64,000 nt of DNA from assembly GCA_021203905.1 (NCBI GenBank), contig JAJQAG010000003.1, forward strand, positions 192,830 through 256,829, in the 5' to 3' direction. Each line of letters opens with the position of its first letter. Position 1 is the first letter of the stretch. Below, one piece after another: positions 17,588 through 27,427 of this stretch. Made by a program: the position numbers and the translations under genes. The DNA comes from Coprobacillus sp. (GTDB taxonomy: Bacteria; Bacillota_I; Bacilli_A; RFN20; CAG-826). The notes beneath the pieces were generated by a model, which worked only from the letters and a program-made list of their open reading frames with translations, did not search any database and had not been told where the DNA came from.

Positions 17588-18184
17588 CTATAGTTTCGTT
17601 CTTCCTGATAAGGCTTTACCCAATGTCATGGCATCGACATAATCCAAACTACCACCGATTTGTAGACCATATCCCAAACGAGTTACTTTGACATCAAGAG
17701 GTTGTAAGATATCGGCGATGTATTGAGCGGTGGTTTCACCATCTAATGTTGGGTTGGTGGCGACAATAACCTCGCAAATCTCCTCTTTCTTAATTCTTTC
17801 AATCAATGATTGAATGTTTAAGTCTTCCACTCCAACACCTTTTGAGGGTGAGACAACACCCTTAATCACATGATAAAGACCATTATATTGTTTGCTCTTT
17901 TCAATAGAGGTCACATCCTTTGAATAGGAAACCACCATTAAGGTCTGGTGGTCTCGATCATTATCCGTGCAAATTGGGCATTTTTCTTCATCGGTGATTG
18001 CACCACAGACTGGGCATTCGTGTAATTTTTCCTTCATTGAAACAATTGAATCTAATAGTTCGTCAATATCTTCTTGGGAATCGTCCGCTAAATAGTAAGC
18101 TATTCTTTCAGCGGCTCTTTTACCAATCCCCGGTAGTGATGCTAATGCATCTATGACTCTTTCAATTGATGTTGGTGTTTCCAT
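17588..18184 (-). CDS. recR: recombination protein RecR
   Basis: C4 zinc finger (CPVCGAITDEEKCPIC) and a Toprim domain. Synteny dnaX-ybaB-recR. Confidence 0.95.
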   Translation of the reverse strand: METPTSIERVIDALASLPGIGKRAAERIAYYLADDSQEDIDELLDSIVSMKEKLHECPVCGAITDEEKCPICTDNDRDHQTLMVVSYSKDVTSIEKSKQYNGLYHVIKGVVSPSKGVGVEDLNIQSLIERIKKEEICEVIVATNPTLDGETTAQYIADILQPLDVKVTRLGYGLQIGGSLDYVDAMTLGKALSGRTKL

Positions 18185-18483
18185 TAGAATGGAAGACCTC
18201 CTGCTCCGGTAATCTTTTCTTCAATTTCATCATGACGAGCGGAGATTTGATCAAGAATTTCGTTTATTGCTAAAGCAATAGTTTCCTCAACCATTTCTTC
18301 ATCTTCTTGTGTCATGACCGAAGGATCTATTTTAATCGATTTGATTTTACAACTGCCGTACATTTCAATTGTGACGATACCCGCTTTGGAGATGGTAAAT
18401 AATTCTTCATCTAAAGCCGCTCTCGCCTTAGAGAGTTCTCTTTGTATTTTCATTGATTGTTGCATCATTTGTTGCATATTCAT
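18184..18483 (-). CDS. ybaB: YbaB/EbfC family nucleoid-associated protein
   Basis: 100 aa starting MNMQQMMQQ, with a GAGGGGG Shine-Dalgarno immediately upstream. The longer ORF-track version overlaps the dnaX 3' end. Confidence 0.85.
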   Translation of the reverse strand: MNMQQMMQQSMKIQRELSKARAALDEELFTISKAGIVTIEMYGSCKIKSIKIDPSVMTQEDEEMVEETIALAINEILDQISARHDEIEEKITGAGGLPF

Positions 18484-18487
18484 AATA

Positions 18488-20161
18488 TTATTCCCCCTCA
18501 AATTCCGCTTGTATTGAGCCTGGTTTAGGTAGTTTGTCGAGTTGTTGTCTATTAGTGTATTGTTGCTGGAAAGCAACAGATTCCTCTCTTGAGAGAGCAA
18601 AGACAAACATGTGTCGTCCAAATATCGCATTTAAAATATCTTGGACATAAGCTTGATTTTCCACTAAATTCACCTTGCTTACGAGAGATTTAGATTTCAT
18701 TTCAAGGACAACAATATCCTTGTTAGCGATTAGAGGTCGTCCATCCAACAATATGGTGGCGATCTTTCCTACCTCAGGATGACCAACAAATTTTGAAATA
18801 TCTGTCCATTTTGCAATTAAATTACTTTTTGTTTCTTTGTTTTTACATAAAACCGCGAGCTCAATAAGTCTATCTGTGGAGATTGTAAAGGAGTCACCCT
18901 CTCTCGTCCCCTTTAAAATTTTTGGTTGTCCATGTTCTAAGTCTGGTTGTTCTATTGCGTCGTTTCTTTCAATCTTTACCTCGGGCTTTGGTTTCTCTTC
19001 GATAACAATCTCTTTGAAGACTCGCTCTTCAACCTTGGGTTCCTCTTCCTCTTTTTCCATAACAATTGTTTCCGCTGCTTTTGGTTTTTTCTTAGACGCT
19101 AATTTAAGGACACATATTTCAAAGAGTGGATTGATAGAAGACACACTCTTATAGTCCTTGGTAACTTCCATGAAAGAATCTATATACTCCATTGTTTTGT
19201 TATCTCTAATATAACTTGAAAGATCCATCGCATCTTGATAGTTAAGTGCCTGCATTAAAGCAGTGCTTCCAGTATTGTTATATATGAGCAAATCTTTAAG
19301 GATGACAAGGATATCATCAGTTAGTCTCTTAATGTCTGTCCCCTTCTTAAAGTAGTGGTCCATTCTCTCTAATAGAGAGGCAACATCACCATTGGCAATA
19401 TCCTTTAGTAAGGATATCTTTTCTTCTTTGGTTTCTAACGAGAAGATATTTACAATATCTTCCGCTTTCAAAGTATTAGAAGAATAGGCAAGAACTTGAT
19501 CAAGGATGCTTAGTGCGTCACGCATGCCCCCATCCGCGAGAGACACAATTAAATCCACGGCCTCTCTGTTATACTCTATCTTCTCTTTTTGTAAAACTTC
19601 GATAAGTCTATTTGAAATTTCCTCTTCGCTTAGCTTTGTGAAGTCATATCTCTGGCACCTAGACAAGATTGTTGGAAGAACCTTGTTAGGTTCTGTTGTC
19701 GCAAGGATGAACACCACATTTGCGGGTGGTTCCTCAAGGGTTTTAAGTAAGGCATTAAAAGCGGAAGGAGTCATCATGTGAACCTCGTCGATGATATAAA
19801 CTTTATATCGACCGAGGATTGTTCCATATTTGACTTTGTCAATGAGATCACGAACATTATCCACACCACTATTAGAAGCAGCGTCAATTTCAATAACATC
19901 TGGGTGAGTGCCTTCATTAATGGCAAGACAGTTCTTGCAATGATTGCATTGATGGCCGACTCCTTCATCACAATTTAAAGCCTTGGCTAAAAGCCTTGCC
20001 ATAGTGGTCTTCCCCGTTCCGCGAGGACCCGCAAAGAGATATGCATGGGCAAGTTTGTTGCGTTCAAGAGCGTTTTTTAAAGTCTTTACTATGTGTTCTT
20101 GACCCGCAACTTCATCAAATGTAAGTGGACGATATGTTCGATATAGAGCTTTATATGCCAT
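18488..20161 (-). CDS. dnaX: DNA polymerase III subunit gamma/tau
   Basis: AAA+ domain with GPRGTGKTT, zinc module CxxC..CxxC, and SRC motif (TILSRCQRY). Confidence 0.95.
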   Translation of the reverse strand: MAYKALYRTYRPLTFDEVAGQEHIVKTLKNALERNKLAHAYLFAGPRGTGKTTMARLLAKALNCDEGVGHQCNHCKNCLAINEGTHPDVIEIDAASNSGVDNVRDLIDKVKYGTILGRYKVYIIDEVHMMTPSAFNALLKTLEEPPANVVFILATTEPNKVLPTILSRCQRYDFTKLSEEEISNRLIEVLQKEKIEYNREAVDLIVSLADGGMRDALSILDQVLAYSSNTLKAEDIVNIFSLETKEEKISLLKDIANGDVASLLERMDHYFKKGTDIKRLTDDILVILKDLLIYNNTGSTALMQALNYQDAMDLSSYIRDNKTMEYIDSFMEVTKDYKSVSSINPLFEICVLKLASKKKPKAAETIVMEKEEEEPKVEERVFKEIVIEEKPKPEVKIERNDAIEQPDLEHGQPKILKGTREGDSFTISTDRLIELAVLCKNKETKSNLIAKWTDISKFVGHPEVGKIATILLDGRPLIANKDIVVLEMKSKSLVSKVNLVENQAYVQDILNAIFGRHMFVFALSREESVAFQQQYTNRQQLDKLPKPGSIQAEFEGE

Positions 20162-20293
20162 ATTTCACCTTTCCTAATTATACAAAAAATGATTTCTCTT
20201 TTAAAGAAGAGAAAAGGAAGAAGAAACTAACGTTCTGTCATACTAGTCAATCTTTATTTTGTGGTCAAAATATGGTAGTCTAACAATAACAAT

Positions 20294-21385
20294 TTGGTGA
20301 CATCTATGGAAGCAAAAATGAGAGACCGTTTAGAGACGATGAGAGATAGGTTAAATCAAATAAACACGGATTTACTTGATGAGGCCATTCTTTTAGATGT
20401 CGATAAATTTAAAAGTCTCTCTATCGAAAAATCAAAAATTGAAGAACCGGTTGCTCTTTATGAAGAGTATCTCAAATATGAAAAAGACGCTATAGATGCC
20501 TTAGAACTTACTAACAATCCTGACAATGATATTAGTTCATTCGCTAAAGAAGAGTATCAACGACTTCTTGATGAACAAGAGTCCGCGATAAATAGACTTA
20601 AGATCTTGCTTTTTCCCACTGATCCTAATGATGAGAAGAATATCATCGTAGAGATTAGAGGAGCGGTTGGAGGCGATGAAGCCAATATTTTCGCGGGTGA
20701 CCTTTTTAGAATGTACACTCGTTATGCTGAAAAACAGAATTGGAATATTAGTGTTTTGGACGAAAATCCCAGCGAAAGTGGAGGATTTTCTTTTGTTTCT
20801 TTTTCAATTAAAGGAAAGTCAGTCTATTCTAAATTAAAGTTTGAATCTGGTGCGCATCGTGTTCAAAGAGTGCCTAAGACAGAGGCTAATGGGAGAATCC
20901 ACACTAGCACCGCAACAGTGCTTGTTATGCCTGAAGCCGAAGACATTGATGTTGTCATTCGACCAGAGGATCTCAAAGTTGATACCTATCGTAGTAGTGG
21001 TGCGGGTGGTCAGAATGTTAATAAAGTTGAGACTGCGGTAAGAATCACCCATATTCCCACTGGTATTGTGGTCGCTTGTCAAACCGAAAAGACTCAATAT
21101 CAAAATAGGGATATCGCCATGACGATGTTAAGAACCAAGATTTACAGTTCAATGTTAGAGAAACAACAGCAAGAACAAGGACAAGAAAGAAGGTTAAAAA
21201 TAGGCACTGGAGAACGTTCTGAAAAGATTAGGACATATAACTATCCGCAGAACCGTGTGACTGATCATCGAATCAACTACACGATTAATAAACTTGATAG
21301 AGTGATGGAGGGGGAGATTGACGAGATCATCGAGGCCCTTATCAACTATGACCAACAGATGAAGATGTTAAATAGCAATGACTAA
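20294..21385 (+). CDS. prfA: peptide chain release factor 1
   Basis: GGQ motif ([19 protein letters not shown]). The codon-recognition tripeptide reads PKT rather than the usual PAT/PVT. Confidence 0.95.
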   Translation: MVTSMEAKMRDRLETMRDRLNQINTDLLDEAILLDVDKFKSLSIEKSKIEEPVALYEEYLKYEKDAIDALELTNNPDNDISSFAKEEYQRLLDEQESAINRLKILLFPTDPNDEKNIIVEIRGAVGGDEANIFAGDLFRMYTRYAEKQNWNISVLDENPSESGGFSFVSFSIKGKSVYSKLKFESGAHRVQRVPKTEANGRIHTSTATVLVMPEAEDIDVVIRPEDLKVDTYRSSGAGGQNVNKVETAVRITHIPTGIVVACQTEKTQYQNRDIAMTMLRTKIYSSMLEKQQQEQGQERRLKIGTGERSEKIRTYNYPQNRVTDHRINYTINKLDRVMEGEIDEIIEALINYDQQMKMLNSND

Positions 21386-22808
21386 TAGAGAATTGTATTT
21401 TGAAGAAATTGGAAAACATGATAAGTATATGACTAAGACTCTTATACTTCAGTGTTTGTGTGCGGTTAATGGTTTTGAGTCAACTATTGAACTTTATAAC
21501 AAGTTTGATAGTGAGTGTCAGAATACTGAAACCTTCTTTTATTATCGAGAAATGATTAAAAAGGGTTATCCCTTCCAGTATCTTGTTAAAGCGGTTCAAT
21601 TCTACGCTATGGCATTATTTATTGATGAGCGGGTTCTTATTCCTCGCCCTGAGACAGAAGAATTAGTGTATAAGACCATTGAAAGAGTGGGGATTACTTT
21701 CCCTGAAGATAAGAAATTATCAATTTTAGATTTAGGCACTGGTTCTGGTTGCATTGCTCTAGCAATGAAGAAACAATTTCCCACGGCAAGCGTTGATGCT
21801 CTAGATATCAGTAGCGCCGCTATTGAGGTAGCTCAAATCAACGCTAAAAAACTTGGTTTGAATATTAGTCTTATTAATGGTGATATGCTTCAACCTTCGA
21901 CTCTCACAAAGAAGTATGATGTCATTGTTTCTAATCCTCCTTATATAGGAAAAGAGTCAGAAGCGGATTCGAATGTCCGCAAGCACGAACCTCATGAAGC
22001 TCTTTTTGCAGACCCTGCAATTAAATATTACAAAGCAATCTTAGAGAACTACGCTGTTAATATTCATGTGGGAACCCTTCTTGCCTTTGAGATCTCCCCT
22101 AAGATTAAGAAAGAACTAATTAATCTTGTTAAGATTATGCTTCCTACATCCCGATACTGGGTGGAGAAAGACATCTATCACAAAACTCGTTTCTTGTTTG
22201 TGGATGTCAATGATCCTGTCATCGATATCGAAGGTATTAATAAAACCTTAGAAGAGCATAACATTGTCTGCTTCCCCACTGAAACAGTGATGGGTCTTGG
22301 AATTTGTGCGGGTGATAAGCAAGCATACGACAACCTCGTTGCCCTTAAAGGAAGAGAGGATGATAAACCCTTTACCCTTATGCTATGGAACAAGAAAGAT
22401 ATCTCTAAATATGCTAAAATAAACGATACAGCAAAGATTATTATTAATGAATATATGCCCGGTCCAATAACTCTGTTATTGCCTCTAAAGAAAGCATCGT
22501 TAAATAAATTTGTAAATAACACGAAAGTTATTGGAGTGAGAGTTCCAGGCCACAAAGTGGCCATTGAACTATTAGAAGCGGTATCGAAACCGATGTTTGT
22601 GACCTCCGCTAATAAGTCTGGTGAAAAACCAGCGACCAAAGTTAAAGGGGCTAAAGAAATATTCGGGGATTCTCTCTTCTATGTAGAGGGGGATGCCGAA
22701 GGGAATAAGCCATCTATCGTTTTAGATGTCACTAGTGATACAATAAAGGTAGTAAGAGAAGGCGATAAAGAACTTCTTAAAGAAATAAAAGCGAGGATAG
22801 GACAATGA
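21378..22808 (+). CDS. prmC: fusion protein: release-factor glutamine methyltransferase PrmC/HemK (N-terminal) plus L-threonylcarbamoyladenylate synthase TsaC/YrdC domain (C-terminal)
   Basis: A single uninterrupted 476-aa ORF. The N half has LDLGTGSGCIAL and NPPY (IVSNPPYIGKE). The C half has YrdC/Sua5 motifs (FPTETVMGLG, PGPITLLLP, VRVPGH, TSANKSGEKP). Confidence 0.8.
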   Translation: MTNRELYFEEIGKHDKYMTKTLILQCLCAVNGFESTIELYNKFDSECQNTETFFYYREMIKKGYPFQYLVKAVQFYAMALFIDERVLIPRPETEELVYKTIERVGITFPEDKKLSILDLGTGSGCIALAMKKQFPTASVDALDISSAAIEVAQINAKKLGLNISLINGDMLQPSTLTKKYDVIVSNPPYIGKESEADSNVRKHEPHEALFADPAIKYYKAILENYAVNIHVGTLLAFEISPKIKKELINLVKIMLPTSRYWVEKDIYHKTRFLFVDVNDPVIDIEGINKTLEEHNIVCFPTETVMGLGICAGDKQAYDNLVALKGREDDKPFTLMLWNKKDISKYAKINDTAKIIINEYMPGPITLLLPLKKASLNKFVNNTKVIGVRVPGHKVAIELLEAVSKPMFVTSANKSGEKPATKVKGAKEIFGDSLFYVEGDAEGNKPSIVLDVTSDTIKVVREGDKELLKEIKARIGQ

Positions 22809-23239
22809 AATTTATCGCAATTGCGTGTGATCACGCAGGTTTAGATGCCAAGATTCACATCTTGCTTCATTACGCCACTCAAGAAGAGTTTGTTTTTGAG
22901 GATTATGGCACATATACCCATAGTTCCTGTGATTATCCCGTCTTCGGAAAGAAAGCCGCAAAACATGTTGCCAATGGTGATTGTGAATATGGAATCGTCA
23001 TTTGTGGAACGGGTATTGGTATTTCTATGGCAGCGAATAAGGTTAAAGGAATTCGCTGCGCTGTTGGTTATAGTGACCAAGCCACAATCTTATCAAGAAA
23101 ACACAACGACGCGAACATGATTGCTTTTGGAGCGAGAACCATGACAGTGGAAGAAATGATTAAGAGAATTGACCTTTTCCTCCACACCGAATTTGAAGGT
23201 GGACGTCATCAAAAGAGAGTCAATCTCATTGAGAAATAA
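22805..23239 (+). CDS. rpiB: ribose-5-phosphate isomerase B
   Basis: 144 aa, RpiB/LacAB family (IAIACDHAG, GIVICGTGIG). Its position matches the Bacillus prfA-prmC-tsaC-rpiB locus. Confidence 0.9.
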   Translation: MKFIAIACDHAGLDAKIHILLHYATQEEFVFEDYGTYTHSSCDYPVFGKKAAKHVANGDCEYGIVICGTGIGISMAANKVKGIRCAVGYSDQATILSRKHNDANMIAFGARTMTVEEMIKRIDLFLHTEFEGGRHQKRVNLIEK

Positions 23240-23268
23240 TAAATATTGATAATTTTTGTTTTTGTGTG

Positions 23269-23297
23269 TTGACAATATGAATGGTCAATCATATTAT
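23269..23297 (+). promoter_or_regulatory. sigma-A-type promoter (TTGACA-17-TATTAT) overlapped by an ArsR/SmtB-type operator palindrome AATATGA-N8-TCATATT
   Basis: -35 box at 23269-23274 and -10 box at 23292-23297. 7-bp perfect inverted arms at 23274-23295. A third half-site AATATGAAT recurs at 23310-23318, just before the ArsR start at 23333. Confidence 0.45.
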
Positions 23298-23332
23298 TTT
23301 ATGTGGAAGAATATGAATAGGGGTTCATACAC

Positions 23333-23626
23333 ATGGCCAAGACATTTGATGATGACACATTAACCAAGGTATCCCAACTACTCTCGATAGCCGCAGATGA
23401 AACAAGATTAAGAATCTTGTTATGTCTCTCCGATGGAGAGAAGTGTGTCAAGATGATCCAAGATTTGATTGGTGCGAGCCAATCTCTTGTTTCCCATCAA
23501 TTAGCAGTTCTCAAGAATTACAAACTTGTTGATTCTCGTCGAGAGGGTAACAATGTGTTCTACTTCCTTACCGATGAACACATATTCTCAATTCTTGATG
23601 CCGCCAGCGAACACGTAATGGAGTGA
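23333..23626 (+). CDS. ArsR/SmtB family metal-responsive repressor (alpha5 CzrA/NmtR-type site)
   Basis: Winged-HTH with a C-terminal D-x-H-x10-H-x2-E motif (TDEHIFSILDAASEHVME). Confidence 0.85.
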   Translation: MAKTFDDDTLTKVSQLLSIAADETRLRILLCLSDGEKCVKMIQDLIGASQSLVSHQLAVLKNYKLVDSRREGNNVFYFLTDEHIFSILDAASEHVME

Positions 23627-23631
23627 TGTGA

Positions 23632-25629
23632 ATGGCAACTTCTCAAACAAAATATATGAATCCGTACAAAAAGACGGTTGTTTCTCCTAGGGTAATTGCT
23701 CTTATTGCCCGTGTCGCAATATCAACTGCCTTAGTTATCTTTACTTCTATTTATTTTAGCGATTACTTAATCGAGTATCATTCCACTGCAGAGAAATTTG
23801 CAGAAACTAATTGGTGGATAGCGGTTAATCTCTATATGGTTGCTTTCTTGTTAGTAGCGGCAGAGTGCATCTACAAGTTCTTTTTGCATCTCTTCACATG
23901 GCATGAATTCTTTGATGAAATCGCTTTGATGCTTGTCGCAAGTGTGGGCGCAATCCTCATTGAGGAATACATGGAAGGCATCATTGTCATGATTCTTTAT
24001 CAGATAGGAGAGATATTTGAAGAGATATCTGTGAATCGTAGTCAAAACATGATTGTGGATACGATTGATATGCGTCCTAAAGTCGCAAATCTTGTCTGTG
24101 AAGGCGGGGAGATAAAGGAAATTCCCGCTGAAGAGGTCCAAGTTGGGGATATGCTTCTTGTTCGGGCTCACGAGATGTTTGTAGTGGATGGAGAAGTAGT
24201 GGGTGGATCATCTCTCGTTGACGAGGCTTCAATAACTGGTGAGTTTGCTCCTCGACCAGTTAAAAAAGGAGATAGCGTTTACTCAGGATCCACAAACCAA
24301 GAGGGAGTCCTTTCCATTAAAGCGACAACGACATTCTCGGATTCCACAACCGCAAAGATTCTCAAGCTTGTCATGGAGAGTGGAGAGAAGAAATCAAAGA
24401 ACGAAAACTTTATTCATAGATTCTGTCTTAAGTACACACCATGTGTATTTGTAGTGGCAATTCTCCTTGCTATTGTTCCTTCAGTTGTTGTTGGTTTTAC
24501 CACTAATGATTGGAGCATGTCTAACACCTGGTTTGATTATATTTATCTTGGATTAACCTCTCTTGTAATTGCGTGCCCGTGTGCACTGGTGATAGGCATA
24601 CCTTTAACTTACTTTATGGGTATTACCTTAGCGTCAAGATATGGAATAATTGTCAAGGGTGGAGAATTCTTTGATAAGATCAACGAACTATCTGTTGTGG
24701 TCTTTGATAAAACCGGGACACTAACCACTGGAGAATTCTCTATAGTTAAAGAAAACAACATCGGTATTTCTCTTGAGAAATTCCGTGATTATATCTATGT
24801 TGGTGAAACCTTATCCACGCACCCTATTGGTCAAGGTATTGCGAAAGCATACTCTTTAGGAATTTCTAACAAAAAAGTGAAGAATTACACGGAAATTCCA
24901 GGAGAAGGCCTCACATATGACTATGAAGGTAGCCATATTCTCATTGGTAATTCTAGACTCTTATCGAACAATAATGTCAAGCATCCTGATGTCCAGAGTG
25001 AATTCACATTATTGTATCTTAGTGTGGATGGTGAGTATTGTGGATATCTCACCTTAGATGACACTCCAAAAACCAATTCAAAGATCACTGTTGAGGGGCT
25101 TAAAAAACGAGGAATCAAAACTGCGATGTTATCTGGTGCTAAAAAGGTAAGTGCGGAGTATATGGGTAACCTACTCGGAATAGATGAAGTTCAATATAAT
25201 TTACTACCAAAAGACAAAATTAAGCATCTTGAAAGAATGATGGATGAGGTTCCCCATTATGTAGCCTATGTCGGTGATGGAGCGAACGACGCCCCCGCTA
25301 TCCTTAGATCTGATGTTGGCTTTGCTATGGGTTCTATTGGCTCGGATGCTGCTGTCGAAAATGCGGATGTTGTCATCATGAACGATGATCCAAGCAAGGT
25401 ACTTGAAACTATTGAAATTGCTAAGGACACCGTCAAACAAATGAAGTGGGTGGTGGCAGTGGCTCTCACAATAAAAGGTCTTGTTTTTATCGCTGCCCTT
25501 GTCCTTACCTTTCTTCCTTCGACAAATAATCTCCCTATGTGGGTAGGTGATTTAGCGGACACCGGAGTGCTCATTATTTGTATCGTCATCGCCTTGCTGT
25601 TACTTGCTAAAAAAATAAAAGTTGAATAA
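23632..25629 (+). CDS. heavy-metal (Zn/Cd/Co-type) P1B-type ATPase without an N-terminal HMA domain
   Basis: Transmembrane CPC motif (ACPCALV), DKTGTLT phosphorylation site, GDGANDAPA hinge. It is downstream of the ArsR-family repressor. Confidence 0.9.
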   Translation: MATSQTKYMNPYKKTVVSPRVIALIARVAISTALVIFTSIYFSDYLIEYHSTAEKFAETNWWIAVNLYMVAFLLVAAECIYKFFLHLFTWHEFFDEIALMLVASVGAILIEEYMEGIIVMILYQIGEIFEEISVNRSQNMIVDTIDMRPKVANLVCEGGEIKEIPAEEVQVGDMLLVRAHEMFVVDGEVVGGSSLVDEASITGEFAPRPVKKGDSVYSGSTNQEGVLSIKATTTFSDSTTAKILKLVMESGEKKSKNENFIHRFCLKYTPCVFVVAILLAIVPSVVVGFTTNDWSMSNTWFDYIYLGLTSLVIACPCALVIGIPLTYFMGITLASRYGIIVKGGEFFDKINELSVVVFDKTGTLTTGEFSIVKENNIGISLEKFRDYIYVGETLSTHPIGQGIAKAYSLGISNKKVKNYTEIPGEGLTYDYEGSHILIGNSRLLSNNNVKHPDVQSEFTLLYLSVDGEYCGYLTLDDTPKTNSKITVEGLKKRGIKTAMLSGAKKVSAEYMGNLLGIDEVQYNLLPKDKIKHLERMMDEVPHYVAYVGDGANDAPAILRSDVGFAMGSIGSDAAVENADVVIMNDDPSKVLETIEIAKDTVKQMKWVVAVALTIKGLVFIAALVLTFLPSTNNLPMWVGDLADTGVLIICIVIALLLLAKKIKVE

Positions 25630-25659
25630 ATTCTCCCAATATTAGAAAAAACTCCCCTA

Positions 25660-26823
25660 ATGAATATATACACGATGGAGAGTTTTTCTTATAAGTGTCC
25701 AAGGTGTGGAAATAGTGACCCCGCTTCTATCGGTTATATCAATGGTGTGCCTTATTGTCGTCTTTGTCTTCCATTTAAGGGAGAGTCGGTAGTGAAGAGC
25801 CCCCGCAAGATCAGCGGTTACAAACCACACCTCAAATATCAAATCTCAAAGGAACAAGAAGAGATTAGTCATCAAGTCTTAGAAAACTACATGAATGGTG
25901 TTAATACATTGATTGATGCTGTTTGTGGAGCGGGTAAGACAGAAATTATCCTTGAGGTTATTTCCTATGCCCTCTATCACAATATGACTGTGGGTTTTGC
26001 CATTCCTCGTCGTGATGTCGTTATTGAGATTGCTCAAAGACTGACAGATATCTTTACGGAGAATGAGGTTATCTCTGTTTATGGTGGGCATAATGACATC
26101 CTCATTGGAGACATTATTGTCTTAACCACCCACCAACTATTCCGGTATGAGAACTACTTCGATCTCTTGATAATGGATGAGATTGATGCCTTTCCCTATA
26201 AAAACAACAAATTGTTAAATTTCTTCTTTGAAAGTTCCGTAAGTAAGAACTATGTTCTTATGACCGCGACAGCGAGCGACGAGATGCTTGAATCATTTAA
26301 TAAACCTGGTTATCAAGTTCTCTCCCTCAATTCCCGTTTTCATGGGCATCTTCTTCCTGTTCCCCAATTAAAAGTGAGAAGGAAGCCCTTTAACTACATC
26401 TGCCTATACCGGCAAATGAAAAGAATTATTGACTCACATAAACCCCTATTAGTGTTTTGCCCCACTATTTATCAATGTGAGTTTATTTATTCTCTCGTAA
26501 AGCATTTCTTTTCTCTAGGGGACTACGTCCACTCCAAAAGAGAGAATCGAGAGAAGATTATTGATGATTTTAAAGCGAATAGATATCACTACTTAATCAC
26601 AACCTCAGTCCTAGAAAGGGGTGTTACTGTGGAGAATCTCCAAGTCATCATCTTTAATGCGGACAATCCCATCTATAGCAAGGAAACCTTAATTCAGATC
26701 TCTGGGAGAGTGGGACGAAAAGCCAGTGCTCCTGAAGGAGAGGTTATCTATATCGCAGAGGAGAAGACTAATGCCATCGTCACCAGCATCGAAGGAATCG
26801 AAGAGAAGAACGCTCACGTGTAA
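25660..26823 (+). CDS. comFA: competence protein ComFA (DEAD/DEAH-type helicase)
   Basis: N-terminal Cys4 zinc finger, Walker A (CGAGKTE) and DEID box. Followed by comFC. Confidence 0.8.
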   Translation: MNIYTMESFSYKCPRCGNSDPASIGYINGVPYCRLCLPFKGESVVKSPRKISGYKPHLKYQISKEQEEISHQVLENYMNGVNTLIDAVCGAGKTEIILEVISYALYHNMTVGFAIPRRDVVIEIAQRLTDIFTENEVISVYGGHNDILIGDIIVLTTHQLFRYENYFDLLIMDEIDAFPYKNNKLLNFFFESSVSKNYVLMTATASDEMLESFNKPGYQVLSLNSRFHGHLLPVPQLKVRRKPFNYICLYRQMKRIIDSHKPLLVFCPTIYQCEFIYSLVKHFFSLGDYVHSKRENREKIIDDFKANRYHYLITTSVLERGVTVENLQVIIFNADNPIYSKETLIQISGRVGRKASAPEGEVIYIAEEKTNAIVTSIEGIEEKNAHV

Positions 26824-27427
26824 AGTGTGCTTTAACAAAGCCAATGAGTTTACTCTTTATAACATCGTCAGCAATTTTCCTCTGTGTGACGAGTGTTTAA
26901 ATAAACTAAAACCCACATGGCACAAAGAAAAAATAAACGGATACCCCGCTTTATTCATCTATGAATACGATGATGCGATCAGAGAGTTAATCTATAAATT
27001 CAAAGGCTGTGGTGACTATGAACTGAAGGATGTCTTTATCCGCCGGTATAAATGGTATCTGCGTTCACTTTATTCTGGTTATCTCATTGTGCCCGCTCCT
27101 AGTAGTGATGAATCTAACCAAGAGAGAGGGTTTAACCATGTAGAGGAGATCTTTAAATCTTGTGGATTCAAACTAACAAAATGTGTTCGTAAGAAATATA
27201 ACTTCAAGCAATCTTCATTAAGTGCAAAAGATAGGCAGGGTGTCAAAGATAAACTAGAAGTAGTTAATGGAAGTCAAGTTACAGGGAAGAAAATTCTTGT
27301 CGTAGATGACATCTATACCACTGGAAGCACTATTAAAGCGATGATAAATCTTTTAGAGACTTATCATCCTCGTAAAATTAAGATCTTCGTCATCTCAAGG
27401 ACCAAGAGCCGAGAAAATGAATTATAA
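26771..27427 (+). CDS. comFC: competence protein ComFC (phosphoribosyltransferase-like)
   Basis: N-terminal CxxC...CxxC, then a PRTase-type motif (VVDDIYTTGSTI). ATG at 26771 has an AGAGGAGAAG Shine-Dalgarno. The ORF track start at 26726 lies inside comFA. Confidence 0.75.
   Translation: MPSSPASKESKRRTLTCKVCFNKANEFTLYNIVSNFPLCDECLNKLKPTWHKEKINGYPALFIYEYDDAIRELIYKFKGCGDYELKDVFIRRYKWYLRSLYSGYLIVPAPSSDESNQERGFNHVEEIFKSCGFKLTKCVRKKYNFKQSSLSAKDRQGVKDKLEVVNGSQVTGKKILVVDDIYTTGSTIKAMINLLETYHPRKIKIFVISRTKSRENEL

Noticed and set aside
20162-20293. The divergent dnaX/prfA intergenic region, considered as a possible replication origin with DnaA boxes or an SRP RNA gene.
   Set aside because: There is only one weak 7/9 match to TTATCCACA and no cluster of boxes. 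No SRP-RNA-like helix 8 motif is present. The region is only 132 bp.
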